Below are positions 27,752 to 36,745 of a stretch of 64,000 nucleotides of DNA, in pieces. A program made the translations under genes and the position numbers. Each line of letters begins with the position of its first letter. The first letter of the stretch is position 1. Source of the DNA: Candidatus Saccharimonadota bacterium (lineage in GTDB: Bacteria > Patescibacteriota > Saccharimonadia > Saccharimonadales > UBA4665); the NCBI GenBank assembly GCA_050436805.1, contig JBNQGE010000023.1:10606-74605 (forward strand), read 5' to 3'. The notes beneath the pieces are model-generated. The model did no database searches, was not told the origin of the DNA, and was given only the letters and a program-made list of their open reading frames with translations.

Positions 27752-29071
27752 ATGGCACAGGTACAGGCCCGCACCGCGAGTGGACTCGTAGAGTACACCC
27801 CTGCGGAACAGCTCGAATTCAACCGCCTCATGGAGATCATCCGTGAGGTCTACGAACGATACGGCTTCGCGCCGATCGACACCACGGTGCTTGAACTGTC
27901 CGAGGTGCTCCTTGCCAAGGACGCCGGCGAGACGAGCAAAGAGGTCTACCGCTTCCAGCGGAACAACGACCCCGAAGGCACCGACTTCACGATGCGCTTC
28001 GACCTCACCGTACCCCTGGCACGCTACGTCGCGCAGAACGAATCCAAGCTGGTCTTCCCGTTCAGCCGTTACGCCTTCGGCAAGGTCTACCGTGCAGAAC
28101 GCGCACAGGCCGGTAGGTTCAGGGAGTTCTGGCAATGCGACATCGACACCATCGGCAGCGACAGTCCGATGACCGATGCACAGTTCCCGGCGGTCATCAA
28201 CGAGATCTTCGAACGCTTCGGCTTCGGTGAGTTCACCATCCGTCTGAACAACCGCATGGTTCTCAACGGGTTCTTCGAAGGCATCGGCCTCAAAGACTCG
28301 GCAGCCAACGTGCTCCGAGTCGTCGACAAGATGGAGAAGATCTCGCAAGACGAGTTCGTCGATGAGCTGCAGAGGCTCGGCCTCAACGACAAGCAGGTGG
28401 ACCAGGTCCTCAACTTCACCGCGATCAGCGGTGATAACGACGAGGTCCTCGCCCAGCTGGAAGGCCTGAGCATCAGCAACGGTACTCTCACCGAGGGCAT
28501 CGCCAAGCTCAAGAGCGTCATCCAAGCCCTGCGCGTGATGGAGGTACCCGAGCGTCGGTTCAAGATCGACCTAAAGATAGCCCGAGGGCTGGACTACTAC
28601 ACGGGTACCGTGTACGAGACCGTGCTCAACGACTACCCGCAGGTCGGCAGCGTCTGCTCCGGCGGCCGCTACGACGATCTGGCAGGCCTGTACACCAAGA
28701 CCAGCCTGCCCGGCGTCGGCATCTCCATCGGCCTGACGCGCCTGTTCTACGCGCTCAGCAAGCTCGGCGTCATCAAGGCCGAGGCTCAGTCTCCGGCGCG
28801 CGTGATGGTCATGCCATTCAGCGCCGAGCAGTTCGACGTGGCGCTCAACGTTGCCGCGACGGTTCGCAAGGCCGGTATCAACACCGTGTTCTACGGTGAA
28901 CCGGGCAAGGTACAGAAGAAGATGCGCTACGCCGACAAGATGGGATTCACCTACGTGGTCCAGATCGGAGCACGCGAAGCCGAGAACGGCGAGGCAACCA
29001 TCAAGGACATGGCCAATGGTGGAGTCACCACAATCGCCCTCGGCGACCTGGTGGAGTTCATCTCCAAGTAA
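27752..29071 (+). CDS. hisS: Histidine--tRNA ligase
   Basis: Class II motifs (..KVYRAERAQAGRFREFWQCDID.., RGLDYYTG, SGGRYDDL) plus a C-terminal anticodon-binding domain. Codon usage is markedly GC3-rich. Confidence 0.9.
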   Translation: MAQVQARTASGLVEYTPAEQLEFNRLMEIIREVYERYGFAPIDTTVLELSEVLLAKDAGETSKEVYRFQRNNDPEGTDFTMRFDLTVPLARYVAQNESKLVFPFSRYAFGKVYRAERAQAGRFREFWQCDIDTIGSDSPMTDAQFPAVINEIFERFGFGEFTIRLNNRMVLNGFFEGIGLKDSAANVLRVVDKMEKISQDEFVDELQRLGLNDKQVDQVLNFTAISGDNDEVLAQLEGLSISNGTLTEGIAKLKSVIQALRVMEVPERRFKIDLKIARGLDYYTGTVYETVLNDYPQVGSVCSGGRYDDLAGLYTKTSLPGVGISIGLTRLFYALSKLGVIKAEAQSPARVMVMPFSAEQFDVALNVAATVRKAGINTVFYGEPGKVQKKMRYADKMGFTYVVQIGAREAENGEATIKDMANGGVTTIALGDLVEFISK

Positions 29072-29111
29072 CACTCGTTCGTCACGAAAGTGACACCATC
29101 TCCACTCTGCG

Positions 29112-29161
29112 CTCGGGAAGGGTGACATGATGCAGCAATGCGTCACACATTCCTTCCCGAG
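29112..29161. terminator. Long hairpin between convergent hisS and the HAD gene
   Basis: CTCGGGAAGG...CCTTCCCGAG (10 bp) enclosing an inner GTGAC/GTCAC helix. Confidence 0.45.
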
Positions 29162-29162
29162 T

Positions 29163-30065
29163 TCAGACAGTCTTATTTTGCCCCTCACTAAGAGGGGCAT
29201 TTTTTATACGTCCTAAATAGTCTGCAAAATCACGCGGCTCAACACGGTCAATGTGTGCCGGGAAGATGCTTGCATCCACGTTAGGGTTGCGGACTACTAC
29301 CGCCTTGATCCCCTCAATACTAAGCATGCCTAGGTCTGGTAGACTATCGCCGCCTACCAATATTGCTTCGCGGCGCAAACCGAGTATCGAAGCGATGCGC
29401 AATACGGCGGCACTTTTGTCAGCATTGGCTGGCAAAAAATCCAAGGTCTTAGTACCCGAAAAGCGGGTCACATGAGTCGTAAGTGACACGTCTTTTGTGA
29501 CTGGAGTATCTGTGTTTCGAAACTTAACCGCAACCATGCCTGGCTGCGCGTCTTCTATAGCACGAGCAAGCGAGTTGATAGGCCCGCACCGTGTTATGCC
29601 AGCCTCCGTGTTTTGTGACTGGTTCCCATGCTGTGAGGAAGATGGAAACCACAAGGTGCGTGGCTGTGCAGGATATTGACCATAAAAAGCAACGCGCAAA
29701 AAGGGCAGATCACTAATAAGTGACATGAGCTCAGTTTGTTCATGTAAGCTCAACGCCGTATGGTGAACGCTTTTATAGCACGATGCATCAGTGTAGTCGG
29801 TGCTTGTCACAAGCTGAGTCCCGTACTCAAGCCCTACCGGAAGTCCAGCACTCGGCACAAGCTCAGGATTTTTGCGAACTACATCTTGGTATAGGCCAAC
29901 GCCCCGAGCAGTTACTTCCGTAAAAGAAAATCGACGATGTTCGGGGTCGAGCACGTATGAAAGTCCGTCATGCAGGACGTGAGTGCCTGAGGCAACTAGT
30001 GTTCTATCAATATCAAAAAATGCAGCCTCAACGTCGGGCATACTCTGTAATTCTTTTTCTGTCAT
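29163..30065 (-). CDS. HAD-superfamily (Cof-like) phosphatase
   Basis: Motif I FFDIDRTLV and motif IV GGDSLPDLGM. Confidence 0.6.
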   Translation of the reverse strand: MTEKELQSMPDVEAAFFDIDRTLVASGTHVLHDGLSYVLDPEHRRFSFTEVTARGVGLYQDVVRKNPELVPSAGLPVGLEYGTQLVTSTDYTDASCYKSVHHTALSLHEQTELMSLISDLPFLRVAFYGQYPAQPRTLWFPSSSQHGNQSQNTEAGITRCGPINSLARAIEDAQPGMVAVKFRNTDTPVTKDVSLTTHVTRFSGTKTLDFLPANADKSAAVLRIASILGLRREAILVGGDSLPDLGMLSIEGIKAVVVRNPNVDASIFPAHIDRVEPRDFADYLGRIKNAPLSEGQNKTV

Positions 30066-30109
30066 ATGTAAGATTCTCGCTTAAAAATGCCCAAAACACA
30101 ATGTAGCTG

Positions 30110-30139
30110 TTGACAATGTCGGTGGAAGTTTCCTAGAAT
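30110..30139 (+). promoter_or_regulatory. Sigma70-type promoter of leader B
   Basis: TTGACA (30110-15), 18-nt spacer, TAGAAT (30134-39). Confidence 0.5.
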
Positions 30140-30145
30140 TAGTGT

Positions 30146-30375
30146 AAAGCGTTAGAGTTCCGGTCACGACGGAGCAAGCTGAGTGTCAAAATGCACTACG
30201 GAAACTAAACCGTAAAATACAGTAGCCGAAATCGCGTTTACGTAGAGCCGGTGCCGAGAGCCCACAGTCAGTAATGGCTATGGGAATAAGGATGGGACCG
30301 CGGAAGGTCTTTTTTATTGCCTTTCGTTCCTTAGATACTATTTTACTAATTTTTTAGTGTATCTAAGGAGTTCTT
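30146..30375 (+). promoter_or_regulatory. T-box riboswitch leader B: translational type, predicted tRNA-His specific
   Basis: - Stem I: GUUCCG-[GUCACGA]-CGGAGC (30157-75).
- T-box core: AAGGA/UGGGACC/GCGGAAGG (30288-307) with CCUUUCGU/UCCUU (30320-32).
- Sequestrator: UCCUUAGAUAC (30328-38) with GUAUCUAAGGA (30359-69), upstream of ATG 30376. Confidence 0.7.
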
Positions 30376-31053
30376 ATGACACGCGAGACCCGTCCTCTCT
30401 GGCCCGAAGCTACTGAAGACATGCAAAATGCTGCTGAACTATTTGAACAGTTTAAGCGTACAAAAACAAAAATTGCTATTCAAAAAGATGGCGAACTAAC
30501 TGACGTCTCTCGGGCTATTCTTGCCGACGTTTTTGATATCGTTGTACCAGCCAAAGATCCCAAGGATCGTCGACTGGTCTCTGTCTCAGAAGACGGTGAA
30601 TACGGTTTTGTATACGCCCGTAACAAGGGCATCTGCGAACTAGTCGCAAACGGCGCCGTGGATTTGGCGGTTGTAGGTACCGATAGATTAATCGAAGATC
30701 AAGCCGAAGACCGTGTGGATATTGTGGCATCCTACAAAGATGCATACTCCTGGCCGCTTGTGCTGGCGACACCCATAGGCAGTGGTATCGAAACGCCTCA
30801 GCAGATACGGCGCATAGCGACACAGTACCCAGTCATTACCCAGCGCTATTTTGAGACCATGGGGATAGAAGAGATCGACATTATTCAGACTGTCGGCGGC
30901 ACCGAATTATATCCGTACCTTGACTATAATGGACCCATCGACGCTGTTGTTGACATGTCAGTAAGCGGCCAATCGCTGGCCGCCCACAACCTAACTCCAT
31001 GGACGCCAATTATTGGTGACGTTTATCCGGTGCTTATCCAGGCTCAGAAGTAA
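30376..31053 (+). CDS. hisG: ATP phosphoribosyltransferase, short (HisG-S) form
   Basis: 225 aa. KIAIQKDGEL, GAVDLAVVGTDRLIE, RIATQYPVITQRYFE and GGTELYP..DAVVDMSVSGQSLAAHNL align with HisG blocks as I remember them (for example the Thermotoga enzyme). Confidence 0.65.
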   Translation: MTRETRPLWPEATEDMQNAAELFEQFKRTKTKIAIQKDGELTDVSRAILADVFDIVVPAKDPKDRRLVSVSEDGEYGFVYARNKGICELVANGAVDLAVVGTDRLIEDQAEDRVDIVASYKDAYSWPLVLATPIGSGIETPQQIRRIATQYPVITQRYFETMGIEEIDIIQTVGGTELYPYLDYNGPIDAVVDMSVSGQSLAAHNLTPWTPIIGDVYPVLIQAQK

Positions 31054-31055
31054 AA

Positions 31056-31907
31056 TTAGGCTAAACCAGTAAGCCTAGCCAACAGATCATTCCTAGCTTG
31101 TTCTTTAAAGATAACTTTTCCGGAATCAGGATCAGCCGTAAGTACCTGATACTCCTTGTTGAGTGCAGGCAGGCAAGGTGTCTTCTGGCCGTCTTCGGCA
31201 CTCACATAGGAACGATAGTCGGTGTACGCGGACACGTCCGCCATATAAACAACGCGCATCAAATCCAGGTATCGATCTTGATATTTCTCTGGAGTAAACT
31301 GCTTAAGCTGATCAATTTCTGCCTGCGCGACAGACTCTTCAATGCCTTTGTAACCTTTCAGCGCGCCCCCTAAAATGTCGTGGCTCAATAGCAATCGGAT
31401 CGTTTGCTTGTCGTCGGCGTCAAGCGTCGTTTCAGCAATCGAGGCCAAAAGATTATCCACGACAGCTGCATTATAGGGTGACTGTTCGCGACGATTACCA
31501 CAATGTGCAATACACAATGACTTGCCCATATCCTGTAGCAGCAAAGTGGTGCGAAGTAGTTTTCTATCCTGAGGATCGGGATAGACATCAGCGTAATCGG
31601 CCTCGAAACCATTAAGCACTGCCTGCGTGTGCTCATGCAGGCGATAGCTTTCACGAACGCCTGTCTTGCCGCCGAGCATGTGGGCGATTACAGGGACAGT
31701 CTGTGCCATAGCGCTCACCGTCTGGTAGGAGTCGAGGGGTGTGGGAGCCTCAAAGGATTGCACGAGTGCGTCAAAGCTTCCGTCCTGCACAAGCAGTTCG
31801 CCTTTTGCTAATGACCGCAGCACTCCCTCGGCAAATTCTCGTGACAAATCATCTTCAATGATTAGGTTTGGGTTAGCAACATTGTTGCGAGTAGGTTCAA
31901 ATTCCAT
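31056..31907 (-). CDS. Hypothetical protein with a degenerate HD-domain signature
   Basis: ..YRLHEHTQAV...LLLQDMGKSL.. follows the HD pattern H...(H->Q)D. It is the last gene of a 3-gene operon. Confidence 0.45.
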   Translation of the reverse strand: MEFEPTRNNVANPNLIIEDDLSREFAEGVLRSLAKGELLVQDGSFDALVQSFEAPTPLDSYQTVSAMAQTVPVIAHMLGGKTGVRESYRLHEHTQAVLNGFEADYADVYPDPQDRKLLRTTLLLQDMGKSLCIAHCGNRREQSPYNAAVVDNLLASIAETTLDADDKQTIRLLLSHDILGGALKGYKGIEESVAQAEIDQLKQFTPEKYQDRYLDLMRVVYMADVSAYTDYRSYVSAEDGQKTPCLPALNKEYQVLTADPDSGKVIFKEQARNDLLARLTGLA

Positions 31908-33109
31908 TAATGGTCCTCTAGGTAGCTCGGTAATGATTCGTGTTCGATGTAGTGCCGAAGATCGCTTTCAACGATTGCCAAGTTGCCTGTTGGCAGAATT
32001 CGCTGCTTGTAATCTTTGTAGGTAGCCTCATCAAAGTGACGCTGAGCGATACGGGAAGTGCGGTCAGCGAGTGCCATATCGCCAGCCTGACGAGCAGACT
32101 CAGAGTAGGCATGTAAAGCCATCGTGCCGTAGAGACGTAGGCTCAGGCTATCCTCCTGTATGACAAGCCGTTCATGCTGGGCTACAAAAGTATCTGGCTG
32201 TTTGAGAATTTCCTTGTGGTCATACGCAAACTGGCCACGTGTCACGCCACTTGTAATCGCATTTCGTGGTGCCAACGTCAGCATACCCTGCAAATAAGAC
32301 ACCATGTAGTCTGTTTGTTCTTTTGTAGGCACTATAGATTGCTGCACCAACTCGCGTACAGGCATGGGTGTTGCCCCAACCTGGTTCACGATATCATCAG
32401 GAGAACTGATAGGATAAAATTGGCCGTGCCGCATCAGATATTTAGGGATCGAAAGTGGTTCAATAACTTCTTCGAACTCACGGGAAGGGAAGTCGCTCGT
32501 AGAGCCGCCAGGCTCATCCTGGCAATAGTATATTCCAGCTAATCCGTCCATTTTGACATTAATTTCGTTGTAAAGACGTCGTGCCTGCAACGCATGCGCC
32601 ATTTGTTCGGATGGTCGCACACCTTCAAAGCGTGATGAAAATTGCGAGAATATTTTTCCTTGTTTGACGCTTGTAGTCGCATCGTAGGGATACGCCGTTT
32701 GAACTGTGCCTGCCCCTACCACTATGCCCCAGTTACCGTACAAGTTGTCACTACTGTCTCCTGCGGTAATACTCGATGCGCAGACGATCTGCAGTGGACG
32801 TAGCAAAATATCAAAGATACGAACACCCTTGAAAGATCGTGCATTTAAAGGTCTAAACGGCCCTAAATTACCATACGCACGCACTGCACTTACTAGTGCA
32901 ACATCATGGTCTTCGGCAATAGATTGGACATCAAATGCTCGAGTATCTTCGTCACTGTACGTTTGCATCTGTGCGTAAAAACTAGCCTCCAGCTGCTGCG
33001 CTTCATCGGGATGCTGCAGCTGATTAGCTTGCTCGCGCAGCGCTGTAACGCCATCTATAAAATAGGTGTTTGCGTATGACTCAAGCGGCTCTCTATTCAT
33101 ATACTTCAT
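31907..33109 (-). CDS. Hypothetical protein (400 aa)
   Basis: Long ORF whose boundaries overlap both neighbouring genes, indicating translational coupling. Confidence 0.5.
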   Translation of the reverse strand: MKYMNREPLESYANTYFIDGVTALREQANQLQHPDEAQQLEASFYAQMQTYSDEDTRAFDVQSIAEDHDVALVSAVRAYGNLGPFRPLNARSFKGVRIFDILLRPLQIVCASSITAGDSSDNLYGNWGIVVGAGTVQTAYPYDATTSVKQGKIFSQFSSRFEGVRPSEQMAHALQARRLYNEINVKMDGLAGIYYCQDEPGGSTSDFPSREFEEVIEPLSIPKYLMRHGQFYPISSPDDIVNQVGATPMPVRELVQQSIVPTKEQTDYMVSYLQGMLTLAPRNAITSGVTRGQFAYDHKEILKQPDTFVAQHERLVIQEDSLSLRLYGTMALHAYSESARQAGDMALADRTSRIAQRHFDEATYKDYKQRILPTGNLAIVESDLRHYIEHESLPSYLEDH

Positions 33110-34301
33110 CCTTTATTATTCTTTCTATTGCATCGATAGGCCCAGAAGCCAATGGGTAGCGAATGGTGTTTAGGTCCTGCTTATCGCGCGCCGGGTAGAA
33201 CACACGTGCGATACCGTTGAGTACCGACAAGTCACCCCACTGGATTCCCGCTCCACGAGCTTTTTCCAAGCTTGTCCAAAATGTATGTGCTGTTGTAGTT
33301 GCATACTCGAAAAGTTTGCGCCTAAAACTAGGCGTCATCTCATCTTCTGTTATATCTACTTGCCAGGGGTAGTTGCCCGTAATAGCATCGACGGACACCG
33401 CAACGTTAACCGCAAAGCGTCCTACGCTAAAGGCATACGTGGGAGCGCCCACCATTGTCTCAACACCAGGATGGCGCCACCCGATAGCTCGCCCACCGAG
33501 CGTGGGGATCATATCCGTTTGGTCGATACATTTTGCCGGTGCACTATTAAAGCGCATCGCAGCGATTGCATTAATATTCGCTTCTCGGAAGTTCTCCGCA
33601 CCAGACTGGTTTAAGGCACCGAGAATGACTGACAGACCATTATAGTCTCGGCCTCGTACATTGGCGTTGCCAAACGTATTTATAATACTCTTGCCGCTGT
33701 TTGCATAGCCATCAACTAATGCAACATCAATAGGAGCAAGCTGCTGGTGCGCACCAATCATACTCTTGATTTCCGCCATCTGCCGAGCGAGGGGTTTTCC
33801 AGCACCATTGTGTACGCTGACCTTTTGGACAAATCTATTTACATAATCACGGTCATTGCACTCCAAGTCTATAAACGGCCTATTAACATCTACGAGCGAC
33901 ACCCGCGACTCTTGGTATACATAATCAGCGTGTTGCTGGGAGGCAATGATCGGATCGAGCGATATGATAAAGGGCATACGTTCTTGATAAAACGAGTGCT
34001 GTTTAAACCGTTGGATGCTTTTATGGACATCTGCACGAACACGGCGTGCATCGACTAGCACCACAGGCTTCTCGTAATGCTCTTCGAGAAGGCCCCGAAG
34101 CTCTCCATTATTCTCACCGTACCAATCCTCAAACTCGTGTGGTCTCTCAATGCCAAAAGCATTAGCTATAAGTTGATGGCGCAAGGGTACGTCAGCTTGT
34201 ACGCATATAGTCGAGCTATCTATCACCGGATAAGATACGGTCTCTGGCTCAGATTCTAGGCTCATTATGGGTTTCTCAATTTCGTTTATGCTTTTACACA
34301 T
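33093..34301 (-). CDS. Hypothetical protein (402 aa)
   Basis: Long ORF. IDVALVDGYANSGKSI only loosely resembles a PRPP-binding loop, so I make no functional call. Confidence 0.5.
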   Translation of the reverse strand: MCKSINEIEKPIMSLESEPETVSYPVIDSSTICVQADVPLRHQLIANAFGIERPHEFEDWYGENNGELRGLLEEHYEKPVVLVDARRVRADVHKSIQRFKQHSFYQERMPFIISLDPIIASQQHADYVYQESRVSLVDVNRPFIDLECNDRDYVNRFVQKVSVHNGAGKPLARQMAEIKSMIGAHQQLAPIDVALVDGYANSGKSIINTFGNANVRGRDYNGLSVILGALNQSGAENFREANINAIAAMRFNSAPAKCIDQTDMIPTLGGRAIGWRHPGVETMVGAPTYAFSVGRFAVNVAVSVDAITGNYPWQVDITEDEMTPSFRRKLFEYATTTAHTFWTSLEKARGAGIQWGDLSVLNGIARVFYPARDKQDLNTIRYPLASGPIDAIERIIKDEVYE

Positions 34302-34429
34302 AGTGTGTGTAGATCAAAATTTTGCCATAAACATTGGCATAAGTCCAGTGGAATCTTGCCGTGGTGCAATCCACATCGTAACGAGTGCTGGGCTTTTTCC
34401 GACGTCGAATAGCGCACTTGGCACCTCAA

Positions 34430-34600
34430 CCCTGCAGTGACCACAAAACGTGCCGCTGATACTTTTGCTTGCATTGGTTCTCGTCCTCCGTCAGCCGAAC
34501 AAAAAGAAGTGTCCGAGCAGTTGCTGCCTGGGCGCTTCTTTGTTAGTCCTGTCTGGATCTACGTTCGAATTTGTAGTAGAGGTCAATCCTCTACAGAGGT
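34430..34600. repeat. Junction module copy 'a' (degenerate): conserved spacer, long hairpin and family-1 site
   Basis: Homologous to 42100-42250. The hairpin AAAAAGAAGTGTCCGAGCAG-TTG-CTGCCTGGGCGCTTCTTT is at 34501-42. The site is TGTTAGTCCTGTCTGGATCTACGTTCGAATTTGTAGTAGAGG. Confidence 0.65.
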
Positions 34601-34609
34601 AAAGTATTG

Positions 34610-35020
34610 TTACTTCAAATAGCCAAGTTTTTGGAACAGGATTCGAGATGGAGGAACAATATCGTACGACGGCAGATCTTCGGGTTCGACCCATTCAATC
34701 TTTTCAATTCCTTCGGCAGGTTGGATTGCACCGCTCACGTATTCGCACTCAACGTCCAGATAAACAAAGAATTTCTCGATGCCGTCAAGGTCGTTCTTAA
34801 CTTCTGTATCCCAGGATATTTTGTTTTTGATAGCTACGTGTACACCGGACTTCGCGAGCACTTCGTCAATGATGGCCTGGTCAGGGTCAGCGCTGGAGGT
34901 AGCTTCGGCACCAAATATGTACCATGTTTCTTTGTAGGGCGGAGAGCCAGCAGGCTTTTTGCGCATTAAAATTGCACCATCTTTTTTCACGACGCCGACA
35001 ATAAGTACTTTTGTTTGCAT
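34610..35020 (-). CDS. Nudix-fold protein with a degenerate Nudix box
   Basis: 136 aa. ..FGAEATSSADPDQAIIDEVLAKSGV.. occupies the Nudix-box position but lacks several of the Glu residues. Confidence 0.55.
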   Translation of the reverse strand: MQTKVLIVGVVKKDGAILMRKKPAGSPPYKETWYIFGAEATSSADPDQAIIDEVLAKSGVHVAIKNKISWDTEVKNDLDGIEKFFVYLDVECEYVSGAIQPAEGIEKIEWVEPEDLPSYDIVPPSRILFQKLGYLK

Positions 35021-35077
35021 AGTGCAAGTATACCAGATACTTCGGACCAGCCAGGTAAAGTGCGTTATTATAAGAGG

Positions 35078-35410
35078 ATGAATTTCACTCGAGTCAAAAT
35101 CACCACCACTGTTCCCTTAGAAAATGCGGATGCCGTGCGCCACGCCCTTGGCGAAGCTGGAGCTGGTGTCATCGGCAATTACAGTTTTTGTAGCTTTTCG
35201 GTGATTGGTAAGGGCTGGTTCATGCCTAATGAAGATGCAAATCCCCATATTGGTTCAGCAAATGTGCTCGAAGCAGTTGAAGAAGAAAGAGTTGAGGTTG
35301 TTTGTGATCGCAAAAACGCCAAGCAAGTAATAGTTGCACTAAAAGCGGCACATTCGTACGAGGAAGTTATTGTAGACATCACGCCACTTATCGACGAGGA
35401 TCAATTGTGA
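35078..35410 (+). CDS. Stand-alone NIF3/YqfO-type PII-like insert-domain protein
   Basis: ..AGAGVIGNYSFCSFSVIGKGWFMPNEDANPHIG..RVEVVC...ALKAAHSYEEVIVDITPL matches the insert domain of NIF3-family proteins. The start is placed at ATG 35078. Confidence 0.6.
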   Translation: MNFTRVKITTTVPLENADAVRHALGEAGAGVIGNYSFCSFSVIGKGWFMPNEDANPHIGSANVLEAVEEERVEVVCDRKNAKQVIVALKAAHSYEEVIVDITPLIDEDQL

Positions 35411-35465
35411 AAAATGTCCTAATTTTGAGCACAGCGATTGGCTTGCCGGGAGACGTGGCGAGGTC

Positions 35466-36092
35466 GTGAAGGATCAAGACAAGACCAGGGCTGCCTACGA
35501 CAACGTTGTTGAGCTATATGCTTCAATGTTTGCGAATCGGCTAGAGACACAGCCATTTTCACGAGCCATGCTCAATACTTTTACCGAGCTAGTACATGGA
35601 AATGGAAACCTGCGAGTAGCTGATGTTGGGTGCGGACCCGGAGATCTAACGGCCCTGCTGCGTGAGCTGGGGTTGGATGCGTTTGGACTTGACCTCTCGC
35701 CGGGCATGGTTGAGCATGCTCGGCGGGCCAATCCAACGTTGCAATTTGAGGAGGCACGAATGGAGGCTCTACCAGTCGAGAGTGGTACGCTCGGCGGTAT
35801 ACTAGCTCATTATTCAATGATTCATACCCATCCCGAAGAGCTGCCTGCGATATTCACCGAACAAGCACGTGTCTTGGCGCCAGGAGGGCTCATCTTGGTT
35901 TCGTTCTTCGGGACCGATCGAGCCGAGCCGGTTCAATTCGATCACAAGGTAGCGCCCGCCTATAGCTGGCCGATTGATCAGCTCGTCAAGTTACTGACTG
36001 ATGCTGGGCTCGTTACCTTTGCTCGACTGATCCATGATCCAGATTCTGAGCGAGGATTTCTTGATGCTCATGTGCTAGCCCGGCTCAGGTAG
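35466..36092 (+). CDS. Class I SAM-dependent methyltransferase
   Basis: Motif I VADVGCGPGDL. GTG start. Confidence 0.7.
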   Translation: MKDQDKTRAAYDNVVELYASMFANRLETQPFSRAMLNTFTELVHGNGNLRVADVGCGPGDLTALLRELGLDAFGLDLSPGMVEHARRANPTLQFEEARMEALPVESGTLGGILAHYSMIHTHPEELPAIFTEQARVLAPGGLILVSFFGTDRAEPVQFDHKVAPAYSWPIDQLVKLLTDAGLVTFARLIHDPDSERGFLDAHVLARLR

Positions 36093-36186
36093 TTTGAACT
36101 TTGTAGCTAATGACTATGCAAAAGCCCTCAGTCTCATCAGTGTGTGATGAATGTGACCGAGGGCGTCAGCACCGTGCAGCGAGACC

Positions 36187-36633
36187 TCAGATGAGGCCGC
36201 GGAGATACTGGAAGAAGAGCTGACCCGGGCCACGATTCCACAGGATGACAGCCTGGATGGTGACGCAGACGTCAGCGGGAAGGCCATTGGCCCGATGGAA
36301 GAAGCCACGGAGGTCGACGCTGCTGGCCGGCCTTGTGTTTGGGATGTACACCTGGATGAGGTAGGGCTGGTTCCGGTTGATCGAGGGGGTGACCTCCTCC
36401 ATGACTCGAAGAGAGTCAAAGAGTCGGTTGCCGAACTTAGTCGTAGGGCCGCCACCCAGATCGGGGCTGACGCGTCCGAAGACACCCTGTCGCTTGACCG
36501 CCATCGGCAGTCCCACGATGAAATGTGTACCGTCATCGTGGACTTCGGCAGACATCACCTGGAAGTTGGAGTTGCCGTCGCACAACTGCTGTCTTGCTTC
36601 TTCTCGCAGCATTGCTTGGGTGCTGGTTTTCAT
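36187..36633 (-). CDS. GC-rich hypothetical protein
   Basis: The start is placed at ATG 36633 (MKTSTQAML..), with GGAG 9 nt upstream. The fold is not recognisable. Confidence 0.45.
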   Translation of the reverse strand: MKTSTQAMLREEARQQLCDGNSNFQVMSAEVHDDGTHFIVGLPMAVKRQGVFGRVSPDLGGGPTTKFGNRLFDSLRVMEEVTPSINRNQPYLIQVYIPNTRPASSVDLRGFFHRANGLPADVCVTIQAVILWNRGPGQLFFQYLRGLI

Positions 36634-36745
36634 GGTTGTACTCCAAAGTCGGAGGAACATGACAACAATATTTATACCATATAATTAACATATCATCAAA
36701 TATACTAGAAAAGGTACGTTGCCCACACTCGGAAAAATGAAATAG

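Noticed and set aside
27704-29200. Long minus-strand ORFs (273, 158 and 209 aa) overlapping hisS.
   Set aside because: They are antisense shadow ORFs typical of GC-rich coding DNA. Their sequences are low-complexity and rich in Asp, Glu, Val and Leu with no motifs, while the plus-strand frame has unambiguous HisRS motifs.
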